DNA of 64,000 bases from Eledone cirrhosa (taxonomy: Eukaryota). The notes under the pieces were generated by a model. That model was not told the origin of the DNA, searched no databases, and saw nothing but the letters and a program-made list of their open reading frames with translations. Of the stretch, positions 1 through 22,047 are shown piece by piece; position 1 is the stretch's first letter; each line of letters opens with the position of its first letter. A program made the translations under genes and the position numbers. The DNA lies in contig OZ024743.1 of assembly GCA_964016885.1 (NCBI GenBank), positions 305,660,001 through 305,724,000 of the forward strand, in the 5' to 3' direction.

Positions 1-11
1 AATAAATATAT

Positions 12-74
<63 letters not shown>

Positions 75-179
75 AATATATATATATAAATATATAAATA
101 TATATATATATATATATAAATATACATATATATATATAAATATATATATATAAATATATATATATATAAATATATAAAT

Positions 180-236
<57 letters not shown>

Positions 237-308
237 AATATATATATATAAATATATAAATATATATATATATATATAAATATATAAATATATATATATA
301 AATATATA

Positions 309-370
<62 letters not shown>

Positions 371-406
371 AATATATATATATAAATATATATATATAAA
401 TATATT

Positions 407-486
<80 letters not shown>

Positions 487-496
487 TATATATATA

Positions 497-592
<96 letters not shown>

Positions 593-623
593 AATATATA
601 TATAAATATATATATATATAAAT

Positions 624-654
<31 letters not shown>

Positions 655-691
655 AATATATATATATATAAATATATATATATATTTAAAT

Positions 692-722
<31 letters not shown>

Positions 723-725
723 AAT

Positions 726-760
<35 letters not shown>

Positions 761-807
761 AATATATATATATAAATATATATATATATAAATATATATA
801 TATAAAT

Positions 808-840
<33 letters not shown>

Positions 841-855
841 AATATATATATAAAT

Positions 856-888
<33 letters not shown>

Positions 889-921
889 AATATATATATA
901 AATATATATATATATATAAAT

Positions 922-990
<69 letters not shown>

Positions 991-1005
991 TATATATATA
1001 TAAAT

Positions 1006-1080
<75 letters not shown>
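1..1080. repeat. (TA)n microsatellite interrupted by AA (ATAAAT variant)
   Basis: Directly visible; the overlapping YIYI ORFs are translations of the repeat. Confidence 0.99.
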
Positions 1081-1081
<1 letters not shown>

Positions 1082-1301
1082 TTCGTTTCTGAATTTGTTT
1101 AGCAAGATTCTTTATCTGAAATCGTGTGTTGAAACCGATATTGTTATACTTTGGGAGGGTCATGTTGCCAATAAGAAACACACGCACCAGTTGCTTTCAC
1201 TTCAATTTAATTTAATTTAATATATATTTATAAATTTACAAATTTATAAATTTCTGGTTGGTTGGTTGGTTCCACAACCAGATAGTTGTTTATATATATA
1301 T

Positions 1302-1462
1302 AGTCATAGTTCTTTCGTCACACACTCTGTGACCTCTTCAGTGACTGGGGATTTCTTTCTTCGTTTCTGTGCCTTTCCTTTCTTCTATCCTACGCCATTT
1401 TGTTTCTATATATATATAGTCATAGTTCTTTCGTCACACACTCTGTGACCTCTTCAGTGACT
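1302..1462 (-). ncRNA. Two tandem minimal type-I hammerhead motifs (1302-1346 and 1418-1462)
   Basis: Reverse complements of the motif at 1578-1622. Confidence 0.75.
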
Positions 1463-1577
1463 GGGGATTTCTTTCTTCGTTTCTGTGCCTTTCCTTTCTT
1501 CTATCCTACGCCATTTTGAAACAAAATGGCGTAGGATAGAAGAAAGGAAAGGCACAGAAACGAAGAAAGAAATCCCC

Positions 1578-1622
1578 AGTCACTGAAGAGGTCACAGAGT
1601 GTGTGACGAAAGAACTATGACT
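1578..1622 (+). ncRNA. Minimal type-I hammerhead ribozyme motif
   Basis: agtca-CTGAAGA-ggtcacagagtgtgtgac-GAAA-gaac-TA-tgact: stem I agtca/tgact, stem II gtcaca/tgtgac, very short stem III. Confidence 0.75.
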
Positions 1623-1778
1623 ATATATATATAAACAACTATCTGGTTGTGGAACCAACCAACCAACCAGAAATTTATAAATTTGTAAATTTATAAATAT
1701 ATATTAAATTAAATTAAATTGAAGTGAAAGCAACTGGTGCGTGTGTTTCTTATTGGCAACATGACCCTCCCAAAGTAT

Positions 1779-1857
<79 letters not shown>

Positions 1858-1873
1858 AATATATATATATATA

Positions 1874-1905
<32 letters not shown>

Positions 1906-1919
1906 AATATATATATATA

Positions 1920-1951
<32 letters not shown>

Positions 1952-2005
1952 AATATATATATAAATATATATATATAAATATATATATAATTATATATAT
2001 ATATA

Positions 2006-2037
<32 letters not shown>

Positions 2038-2078
2038 AATAATATAAGATCAACAGATGGTTAAAGGAGTTCCATATA

Positions 2079-2145
2079 TTTTATTATGCGCATTTCAAAA
2101 ACAAACATCATCAAACAATAATATTTGTGTTTTCATCAGATAAAA
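2079..2145 (-). ncRNA. Hammerhead motif in the H1 pLTR
   Basis: ttttat-CTGATGA-long stem II-GAAA-TGCGCA-TA-ataaaa; palindromic stem III. Confidence 0.8.
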
Positions 2146-3351
2146 CAGGAGAACATGATATGAAGGCTAAAAAACACTTGTTGATAGTGCAGTTTTAAAT
2201 CAACATATGAAAAGTGGTTTTAGATTGATGTGTGATATTGGGAAAAATATTTTATTTAGAGAGGGGGGGTAGAAAAGGATGAAAAGGGAAGGAGATGAGA
2301 GGGAGAGATGGGTGATAGAGAGAAAGAGATAGTTTTTATAACTGAGAGGAGATATATTTTATATAGAGGGGTTGAAAACCGTTGGAAGATACTGTATAAA
2401 TTAAAAATTTTGAAAATTAACGAAGGGGGGATATGTGCGAGGAAAAAATATTTTATTTAGGGAGGGGGGGGGGATAGGATGAAAAAAAGGGGAGGAGATG
2501 AGAGTGAAGGTGGAAAGGGAGAGATGGGTGATAGAGAGAAAGAGATAGTTTTTATAACTGAGAAAAAGATATAATGTTTTAATATAGAGAGGTTGGGAAC
2601 CGTTGGAAGATAATGTATAAATTAAAGGAATTTGAAAATTAACGAAGGGAAATTATGTATGAAGATAGAGAGAAAAAAATAATAATTGTGGGTGAATATT
2701 CTAACGTCAAAAGAAGAAATGTATGTATTGTGGGAATTTCAAAATTAGCAAAGAGAAAAATGTTAAGGTTTATGTGTAGAAGGATTTGAGAAAAATAATG
2801 TGAAGTTAAAGTTTGTATATTGAATTCATATGTATTAATAATGAGTTCGTTGATGGGGAGAAAAAAATAATAATAAATTAAGGATGAAATTGAGATTAAA
2901 AAGATTTATGATAGAGAGAAAAAATAATAATGATTGCGGATGAATACTCAAAATGTCAAAAACAAATGTTATTGTTTTACGAGAAGATAGAATGAGGGTA
3001 ATGAGTAAACGAGTATTATAGAGTGTATAATGCTCTTTAAAGTAAGGTAGATGGGTATATTTTAAAGAATATATGAGTATATATTAAAAAAAATATAATA
3101 ATAAATTAAGGATGAAATTGAGATTAAAAAGATTTATGATAGAGAGAAAAAATAATAATGATTGCGGATGAATATTCAAAATGTCAAAAACAAATGTTAT
3201 TGTTTTACGAGAAGATAGAATGAGGGTAATGAGTAAACGAGTATTATAGAGTGTATAATGCCCTTTAAAGTAAGGTAGATGGGTATATTTTAAAGAGGTG
3301 TATGTATATGTGCCTTTGAGAAAAGATTCTAAATTGATAAAGAATTGAATA

Positions 3352-5386
3352 CTAACTGTATACTTTGTAAAAAGTTCTATGGAATTTATGCAGGCAGATA
3401 GAAAACAAATCTGAGCGTCTATTTATTATGGATTCTAGGTTAGAGATAATGGTAAATTTTTCATTTAGGCAGAGATTACAGATTTTAGATAGAGAGCTGT
3501 TCAAGTATGAGGATGCAGAAGAAATCTTTTTCCAAAAGATGTTATATTTAATGTGTTTGTCTTTTAAGGACCATATGAGTTCTGAGAGAGCAGTGTTAGT
3601 TCTTTTAAGTTTGTATTTGAAAGATGAATGATGATTATAGAGACGAGCTTTAAAAGAGGTGGAAGTGGAGCCAAAATAGGTGAAGGAATTGGTGCTAGTT
3701 ATAATTTTACATTCATAAAATAAGTTTTTATCGAGGCAATGGTTGTTGAGAGGACATTTATTTTTAATGCGGCAGTTGCAATTAGAGAGATTATTAATGA
3801 GCGATCTAGTGTTATCTATAGAAGGAATTGGATTGGAGAAGTTGTTTGCGATAGGAATAATAGGAATAATAGTTTCTTGATTTAGAGTTGGATTATGAAC
3901 ATTTAGCGAAGTTGTGTTTGACGTTGCATTTGGGTTTACAGAAGTTAGCCTAGGGTTTACAATGACGCCAGGAGTACTATTACTGTTATTATGAAATTCA
4001 ATATTGGAAGGAAGAGATTTAGTATTTAATATTTTGTTGTTGTGTTTAGAGATGATGTTGGAAATATTGGAGGATGTAGAATACGAAAATTTGATGGTGT
4101 GTTTGTTAAATATTTTACTATAGATATGTGAGGGAGGGAAGCATTTATTTAAGGCACTAAAAAATAATTTAGGAATATTGTTATTAATAGAGATGGAGAA
4201 AGGAGCATTATACCAGATTATGTTTTTGTATCTAGGTCTTTTATTAAAATTATTGGAATGGTTATGATTAAATATTCTACTGTAAGTTTTCCTAGAATTT
4301 GTTTCTTTATTATATTTGATTTTATCTGGATAGCCGGCTTTAGAAAGTGCGTTATTATAGTAATTGGCGTTAGCATCAAAGATGTTTTTATTAGAAGATA
4401 TGTTAGATATTCTATTTCCAATATTATTAACTATAGCATTCTTGATATTGGTAGGATGGTTAGATTTAAAGTTAACATAATTAAGATTCTCATTGTTTTT
4501 ATGGTAAGGGTAATATAGGCCAGTGTCAAGATTAAGAGATACATCCAAGAAATTAGCTAGTTTGATACTATTATCAAATTCAATTTTTAGGTTATGTTGG
4601 TTAAATAGATTACGTATATTGTTCTTAATAATATTAAGTTTAACTATATTGCAATTTAGGATAGTAAAGAGTCCATCGTCACGATAAATTCCACCGCGAA
4701 GTTGAGGAATTTTCCGACTCAAAGAGTTCAAAATGAAGATACCAATTAAATCAGTCAATCGGGATGAATCGGATGCTCCCATTGTGATGTCGAAGTTGTT
4801 AGAGGTATCGGCTCTGGTCCAATATTCGTTGTTGAACTCTAGGATGGTTTTACGTGCGGTGAGGATGATGTGAAGTTCATCTGTGGTGATGTCAGAATAT
4901 TTAAGTGCGAAAGATAGAGCATTATTGAGAAGTGAAGGCGAAATGGAGGAATAGTAGCTGGCAATATCGAATTGAATAAATTTTAGTTTGTTTTTATTAT
5001 CCAATTTGTTGAACCAGCCAATCACTTCAGAAGTACCAAGCCATAAATTTAGGTTTAAAGAAGAGCAATTAGAACTAACCTGTGGGATAATCCTATCCAA
5101 GATGGCTTTACTAACAACCCCCAGATCAGATTTAGAGGGGCGATTAATCTAACAGGTAGTTCAGTGCAAAAATTGTTTTTGTGATCCTTGAGATTTATCC
5201 TCGGAGTTCTTGGGAGGAATGGTTCAGTCTTTTTTTCAATGCCAAGTTTTGACATAATCTCATAGGCTTCAAGGTTTATGCATTCTAAATTTTCATGGTT
5301 GGTTTTACGATACTTTTTCCTAAGTTCCTTTAGGATAAGGTTGTTATAATTATCCTTGGAAATACCATATAGGTTATTGGTTTCAA
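3352..5386 (-). pseudogene. Truncated, frameshifted PLE RT-GIY-YIG ORF
   Basis: Motifs FDIASYY, MGASDS, YRDD and FYECK...YFGST; 1-nt deletion in a G run near 5140 relative to the intact copy. Confidence 0.9.
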
Positions 5387-6170
<784 letters not shown>

Positions 6171-7574
6171 TACATTATGAAGAGAGAAGAAACATTTAGA
6201 TATAATTAGTAATAAAATTGTATCATACCTAAACTGTTCCTAAATTCCTCGACTACGTAGTTTCGTGGCATAAACAAAAACAATATATCAAAGACATAGA
6301 GTCCTTGCGAGGTCTGCCGACTTATCAAGAGGATACCTCATTTTACTAGTCTCAAGAACGCGTCTACACGACGTGAGAAAGAATCCCAAAAGGCGGAGGG
6401 GGAGATAGTCACGCGATATAACGGTCGAGAAACAGAGCTAAGCCTCTTATAACCACGAAAAAAATACCACGGAGGCGGAGGGGGTATTCATATCGAGGCC
6501 GTAGAAGAGGTAGTGAAGAAGGCGAGAAGTATGAGTAATGGAAGCTTTCCAGTTGTCCCCACGCTTCAAAGATTGCTCGACCAGAGGGAGTTATTAATAT
6601 ATTTAGAAACACACAGATACATGCGGGACACACACATATATAGATGAATGCATCCGCACCCAACTGTGAGTTAAGGGTGCCAACTTCACCGATGTTGCTC
6701 AATGAATGACGGGGGACAGACCAATTCAGTTTGAACCAGACTGAACCAGTATCAGAGTTAAAAATACATTATGAAGAGAGAAGAAACATTTAGATATAAT
6801 TAGTAATAAAATGTATCATACATAAACTGTTCCTAAATTCCTCGAATACGTAGTTTCGTGGCATAAACAAAAACAATATATCAAAGACATAGAGTCCTTG
6901 CGAGGTCTGCCGACTTATCAAGAGGATACCTCATTTTACTAGTCTCAAGAACGCGTCTACACGACGTGAGAAAGAATCCCAAAAGGCGGAGGGGGAGATA
7001 GTCACGCGATATAACGGTCGAGAAACAGAGCTAAGCCTCTTATAACCACGAAGAAAATACCACGGAGGCGGAGGGGGTATTCATATCGAGGCCGTAGAAG
7101 AGGTAGTGAAGAAGGCGAGAAGTATGAGTAATGGAAGCTTTCCAGTTGTCCCCACACTTCAAAGATTGCTCGACCAGAGGGAGTTATTAATATATTTAGA
7201 AACACACAGATACATGCGGACACACACATATATAGATGAATGCATCCGCACCCAACAGTGAGTTAAGGGTGCCAACTTCACCGATGTTGCTCAATGAATG
7301 ACTGGGACAGACCAATTCAGTTTGAACCAGACTGAACCAGTATCAGAGTTAAAAATACATTATGAAGAGAGAAGAAACATTTAGATATAATTAGTAATAA
7401 AATGTATCATACCTAAACTGTTCCTAAATTCCTCGACTACGTAGTTTCGTGGCATAAACAAAAACAATATATCAAAGACATAGAGTCCTTGCGAGGTCTG
7501 CCGACTTATCGAGAGGATACCTCATTTTACTAGTCTCAAGAACGCGTCTACACGTGTGTTTCTAAATATATTAA
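6171..7574 (-). repeat. ~592-bp tandem array (2.3 units), one variant hammerhead per unit; non-autonomous PLE/retrozyme-like
   Basis: Units start at 6171, 6765 and 7356; a short inverted piece (7553-7574) sits at the 5' end; (TA)n flanks. Confidence 0.85.
6246..6333 (-). ncRNA. Type-I hammerhead with U3-A8 core (further copies at 6839-6926 and 7430-7517 carry point changes)
   Basis: tcctc-TTGATAA-gtcggca...tgccac-GAAA-CTACGTAG-TC-gagga. Confidence 0.72.
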
Positions 7575-14486
<6,912 letters not shown>

Positions 14487-14666
14487 GGAAAGTTATATTT
14501 AAATTGTTGTGTTACAACTAGTAAATATTTATAACTGATATAAAAGCACTCGACAAATATTTGGAGTATATTTACAATATTAAATAAATGGAAACTATAT
14601 TTATAAAACCATATTTATTTCATTATATATATTTCAGGGATAACATATTAACAATATGCTATGCCG
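14487..14666 (-). mobile_element. 3'-terminal fragment of the PLE family H2 pLTR
   Basis: Near-identical to 62149-62328; stops within stem II of the hammerhead. Confidence 0.88.
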
Positions 14667-14676
14667 TTATATAAAT

Positions 14677-14710
<34 letters not shown>

Positions 14711-14835
14711 GTGAATATAGACATAGAATATTCGAAAATATTCTGTATGTTTATAATAAACATTTTGAAGACCTAATCGCTATAGAATAGAATACGTCAC
14801 GTATTACAATTAGATTCTCGATAAAAGCAAGGGAA

Positions 14836-16118
14836 GTAATCTACGCGTTTCATTCTCGTTAGAAATCATCAGGACTACATATCCAGTGCTTTTATCGAGA
14901 ATGACACAGCTAGAGACTTATAGAATACTTAGCTGTGTACAGGAACTGGTTTGAAAGAGCGGTTGCCGGTCCGGCAGAAATTAGAAATTGGAATAAATGC
15001 TCTGAAATAGCGATATATATGTGAATATAGACATAGAATATTCGAAAATATTCTGTATGTTTATAATAAACATTTTGAAGACCTAATCGCTATAGAATAG
15101 AATACGTCACGTATTACAATTAGATTCTCGATAAAAGCAAGGGAAGTAATCTACGCGTTTCATTCTCGTTAGAAATCATCAGGACTACATATCCAGTGCT
15201 TTTATCGAGAATGACACAGCTAGAGACTTATAGAATACTTAGCTGTGTACAGGAACTGGTTTGAAAGAGCGGTTGCCGGTCCGGCAGAAATTAGAAATTG
15301 GAATAAATGCTCTGAAATAGCGATATATATGTGAATATAGACATAGAATATTCGAAAATATTCTGTATGTTTATAATAAACATTTTGAAGACCTAATCGC
15401 TATAGAATAGAATACGTCACGTATTACAATTAGATTCTCGATAAAAGCAAGGGAAGTAATCTACGCGTTTCATTCTCGTTAGAAATCATCAGGACTACAT
15501 ATCCAGTGCTTTTATCGAGAATGACACAGCTAGAGACTTATAGAATACTTAGCTGTGTACAGGAACTGGTTTGAAAGAGCGGTTGCCGGTCCGGCAGAAA
15601 TTAGAAATTGGAATAAATGCTCTGAAATAGCGATATATATGTGAATATAGACATAGAATATTCGAAAATATTCTGTATGTTTATAATAAACATTTTGAAG
15701 ACCTAATCGCTATAGAATAGAATACGTCACGTATTACAATTAGATTCTCGATAAAAGCAAGGGAAGTAATCTACGCGTTTCATTCTCGTTAGAAATCATC
15801 AGGACTACATATCCAGTGCTTTTATCGAGAATGACACAGCTAGAGACTTATAGAATACTTAGCTGTGTACAGGAACTGGTTTGAAAGAGCGGTTGCCGGT
15901 CCGGCAGAAATTAGAAATTGGAATAAATGCTCTGAAATAGCGATATATATGTGAATATAGACATAGAATATTCGAAAATATTCTGTATGTTTATAATAAA
16001 CATTTTGAAGACCTAATCGCTATAGAATAGAATACGTCACGTATTACAATTAGATTCTCGATAAAAGCAAGGGAAGTAATCTACGCGTTTCATTCTCGTT
16101 AGAAATCATCAGGACTAC
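14836..16118 (-). ncRNA. Five hammerhead motifs (14836-14878, 15146-15188, 15456-15498, 15766-15808, 16076-16118)
   Basis: Reverse complements of the motif at 16270-16312. Confidence 0.88.
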
Positions 16119-16269
16119 ATATCCAGTGCTTTTATCGAGAATGACACAGCTAGAGACTAATTTCTAATTTCTGCCGGACCGGCAACCGCTCTTTCAAACC
16201 AGTTCCTGTACACAGCTAAGTATTCTATAAGTCTCTAGCTGTGTCATTCTCGATAAAAGCACTGGATAT

Positions 16270-16932
16270 GTAGTCCTGATGATTTCTAACGAGAATGAAA
16301 CGCGTAGATTACTTCCCTTGCTTTTATCGAGAATCTAATTGTAATACGTGACGTATTCTATTCTATAGCGATTAGGTCTTCAAAATGTTTATTATAAACA
16401 TACAGAATATTTTCGAATATTCTATGTCTATATTCACATATATATCGCTATTTCAGAGCATTTATTCCAATTTCTAATTTCTGCCGGACCGGCAACCGCT
16501 CTTTCAAACCAGTTCCTGTACACAGCTAAGTATTCTATAAGTCTCTAGCTGTGTCATTCTCGATAAAAGCACTGGATATGTAGTCCTGATGATTTCTAAC
16601 GAGAATGAAACGCGTAGATTACTTCCCTTGCTTTTATCGAGAATCTAATTGTAATACGTGACGTATTCTATTCTATAGCGATTAGGTCTTCAAAATGTTT
16701 ATTATAAACATACAGAATATTTTCGAATATTCTATGTCTATATTCACATATATATCGCTATTTCAGAGCATTTATTCCAATTTCTAATTTCTGCCGGACC
16801 GGCAACCGCTCTTTCAAACCAGTTCCTGTACACAGCTAAGTATTCTATAAGTCTCTAGCTGTGTCATTCTCGATAAAAGCACTGGATATGTAGTCCTGAT
16901 GATTTCTAACGAGAATGAAACGCGTAGATTAC
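16270..16932 (+). ncRNA. Three hammerhead motifs (16270-16312, 16580-16622, 16890-16932)
   Basis: gtagtc-CTGATGA-tttctaacgagaat-GAAA-CGCG-TA-gattac; stem I is extended by ttctcgataaaagca/tgcttttatcgagaa. Confidence 0.88.
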
Positions 16933-17085
16933 TTCCCTTGCTTTTATCGAGAATCTAATTGTAATACGTGACGTATTCTATTCTATAGCGATTAGGTCTT
17001 CAAAATGTTTATTATAAACATACAGAATATTTTCGAATATTCTATGTCTATATTCACATATATATCGCTATTTCAGAGCATTTAT

Positions 17086-17737
<652 letters not shown>

Positions 17738-18964
17738 TAACTTTGAATAACTTTGAAATGTTTTGGCCAGTATTGGCCCAGGCCATGTCTAACTTAATAG
17801 TACCACCTGGCGAAGTCTTTCAATTCAGGATTTGGGCACCATGGCCCATTCGAGAAGAGAATTACTGTTTGCGGAGACATATCCGGGTGTGGGTGGTTTG
17901 TCCGGGATTACTTGGAGGAATTTGTCCAAAGACTTCTTTAATTTTGTGTGGTCAGTTTCTGTTTTGACGTGTCCTGGTGTGATGTTGAAGAGAGCAGGGC
18001 CGATTGAGGTGAAATAATTGTGCCGTATTGTTGTTATGAGTTGCGATTTAGATTTTTGAATGGGACGGATAGCACGGGGCCCAAGCCTTGGGTGTATCTT
18101 GAAGGCGATGCCAACATCATTTGGGCAGTGATGATGGAACATTTTCCACATCATGCAGATAATATAACGCTCACGGCGACGTTGGAGTGAGTAAAGTTTC
18201 AGGTTTTCCAATCGACCCCAGTAGTCAAGGTCTGACATGCCATCTATCTTTTTCGTGATTGCCCTTTGAGGAGCTTCAAGTTTCATGATACTTTGTTTCG
18301 TGTGGGGAGACCACAGTGGACAACAGTATTCAAGGTGTGGTCGGGCGAAAGTAGAGAAGAGAAGGATAATGGTGCGGGAATCTCTCGACTGGAAGGTTCT
18401 GAGGATCCAGGAACACATTCTGCGGGCCATGTCAACTTTGCTGCTTATATGCGTGGTCCAGCTTATGTTGCTGTCCACGGTTACTCCCAAGTCTCTGATG
18501 TTGTTAGATGCCACGAGAGTTTCCCCGGAGGGAAGGGAGTACGGGAGTTTCAGAGCATCCTCTTTTCCAAAGTGGATCAGTTCGAATTTGTCTTCGTTCA
18601 GTAACATGTTGTTCTTTTCTGCCCATTGGGTAACAGCCAGTAGGTCTGACTGAAGGCTTATCCGGTCATCCACGCCATTGATGACCTTTTGGAGCTTGGA
18701 ATCATCAGCGAAAATTTTAATGTTGCTGTGTTTGATGATGTCAGTGATGTCATTAATATAGATGATGAAGAGAAGTGGGCCCAACACAGTGCCTTGTGGG
18801 ACTCCACTACTGACTTTGGCTGGGCTTGATTTGACTCCCTCAACTACAACATGTTGGGTTCTGTTTGACAGGAAGCTCTTGATCCACTGCAGCAGCTTTC
18901 CAGTGACACCAATATTGGACAGCTTTCTCAGTAGAATGTTATGATCAACCCTGTCAAAGGCCTT
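17738..18964 (-). mobile_element. CR1/L2-group LINE family B, 5'-truncated (RT and C-terminus)
   Basis: Motifs [18 protein letters not shown] and LQRRRERY; 3' tail (TTCAAAGTTA)2 followed by (TA)n. Confidence 0.92.
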
Positions 18965-20705
<1,741 letters not shown>

Positions 20706-20743
20706 AATATAAGATCAAAAGATGGTTAAAGGAGTTCAATATA

Positions 20744-20810
20744 TTTTATTATGCGCATTTCAAAAACAAATATCATCAAACAATAATATTTGTGTTTTCA
20801 TCAGATAAAA
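20744..20810 (-). ncRNA. Hammerhead motif in the 3' pLTR of H1
   Basis: CTGATGA...GAAA TGCGCA TA with stem I ttttat/ataaaa. Confidence 0.8.
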
Positions 20811-22047
20811 CAGGAGAACATGATATGAAGGCTAAAAAAACACTTGTTGATAGTGCAGTTTTAAATCAACATATGAAAAGTGGTTTTAGATTGATGTGTG
20901 ATATTGGGAAAAATATTTTATTTAGAGAGGGGGGGAGAGAAAAGGATGAAAAGGGAAGGAGATGAGAGGGAGAGATGGGTGATAGAGAGAAAGAGATAGT
21001 TTTTATAACAGAGAGGAGATATATTTTATATAGAGGGGTTGAAAACCGTTGGAAGATATTGTATAAATTAAAAATTTTGAAAATTAACGAAGGGAGGATA
21101 TGTGCGAGGAAAAAATATTATATTTAGGGAGGGGTGGGGGTGGAAAGGATGAAAAAAAGGGGAGGAGATGAGAGTGAGGGTGGAAAGGGAGAGATGGGTG
21201 ATAGAGAGAAAGAGATAGTTTTTATAACTGAGAAAAAGATATAATGTTTTAATATAGAGAGGTTGGGAACCGTTGGAAGATAATGTATAAATTAAAGGAA
21301 TTTGAAAATTAACGAAGGGAAATTATGTATGGAGATAGAGAGAAAAAATAACGAAGGGAGATTATGTATGGAGATAGAGAGAAAAAAAAAAAAAAAAAAA
21401 AAAAATAATAATTGTGGGTGAATATTCAAAAGGAGAAATGTAGGAATCTTAAAATTAGCAAAGAGAAAATGTTTATGTATAGGATTTGAGAAAAATAATG
21501 TGAAGTTAAAGTTTTTATATTGAATTCATATGTATTAATAATGAGTTCGTTGATGGGGAGAAAAAAATAATAATAAATTAAGGATGAAATTGAGATTAAA
21601 AAGATTTATGATAGAGAGAAAAAATAATAATGATTGCGGATGAATACTCAAAATGTCAAAAACAAATGTTATTGTTTTACGAAGAGATATAATGAGGGTG
21701 ATGAGTAAACGGGTATTATAGAGTGTATAATGCCCTTTAAAGTAAGGTAGATGGGTATATTTTAAAGAATATATGAGTATATATTAAAAAAAAATATATA
21801 ATAATAAATTAAGGATGAAATTGAGATTTTATGATAGAGGGAAAAAAATAATAATGATTGCGGATGAATATTCAAAATGTCAAAAACAAATGTTATTGTT
21901 TTACGAGAAGATAGGATGAGGTAAATGAATAAACGAGTACTATAGAGTGTATAATGCCCTTTAAAGTAAGGTAGATGGGTATATTTTAAAGAGGTGTATG
22001 TATATGTGCCTTTGAGAAAAGATTCTAAATTGATAAAGAATTGAATA

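Larger units (their letters stand above)
1138..1786. mobile_element. Inverted duplication of PLE pLTR-like fragments containing a 116-bp hammerhead-bearing unit
   Basis: The two arms are reverse complements about ~1520. The left arm has two tandem 116-bp units and the right arm has one. 1116-1163 is homologous to the reverse complement of 49489-49535. Confidence 0.75.
2041..5386 (-). mobile_element. Penelope-like element family H1, 5'-truncated copy with a long 3' UTR/pLTR, inserted in (TA)n
   Basis: Near-identical to 20706-24080; RT plus GIY-YIG coding region; (TA)n on both sides. Confidence 0.93.
14711..17091. repeat. 310-bp tandem array with a central inversion (4.7 units on the minus strand, 3 units on the plus strand), one hammerhead per unit; retrozyme-like
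   Basis: Units start at 14711, 15021, 15331, 15641 and 15951; inversion at 16158/16159; inverted units start at 16159, 16469 and 16779; no differences seen between units. Confidence 0.96.

Noticed and set aside
6409-7229. Small ORFs (97 and 75 aa) in the 592-bp repeat
   Set aside because: Their 5' parts are disrupted by indels between units and no domain is recognisable
14711-17091. CRISPR-like array
   Set aside because: The units are identical along their whole length with no variable spacers, there are no cas genes, and the context is eukaryotic
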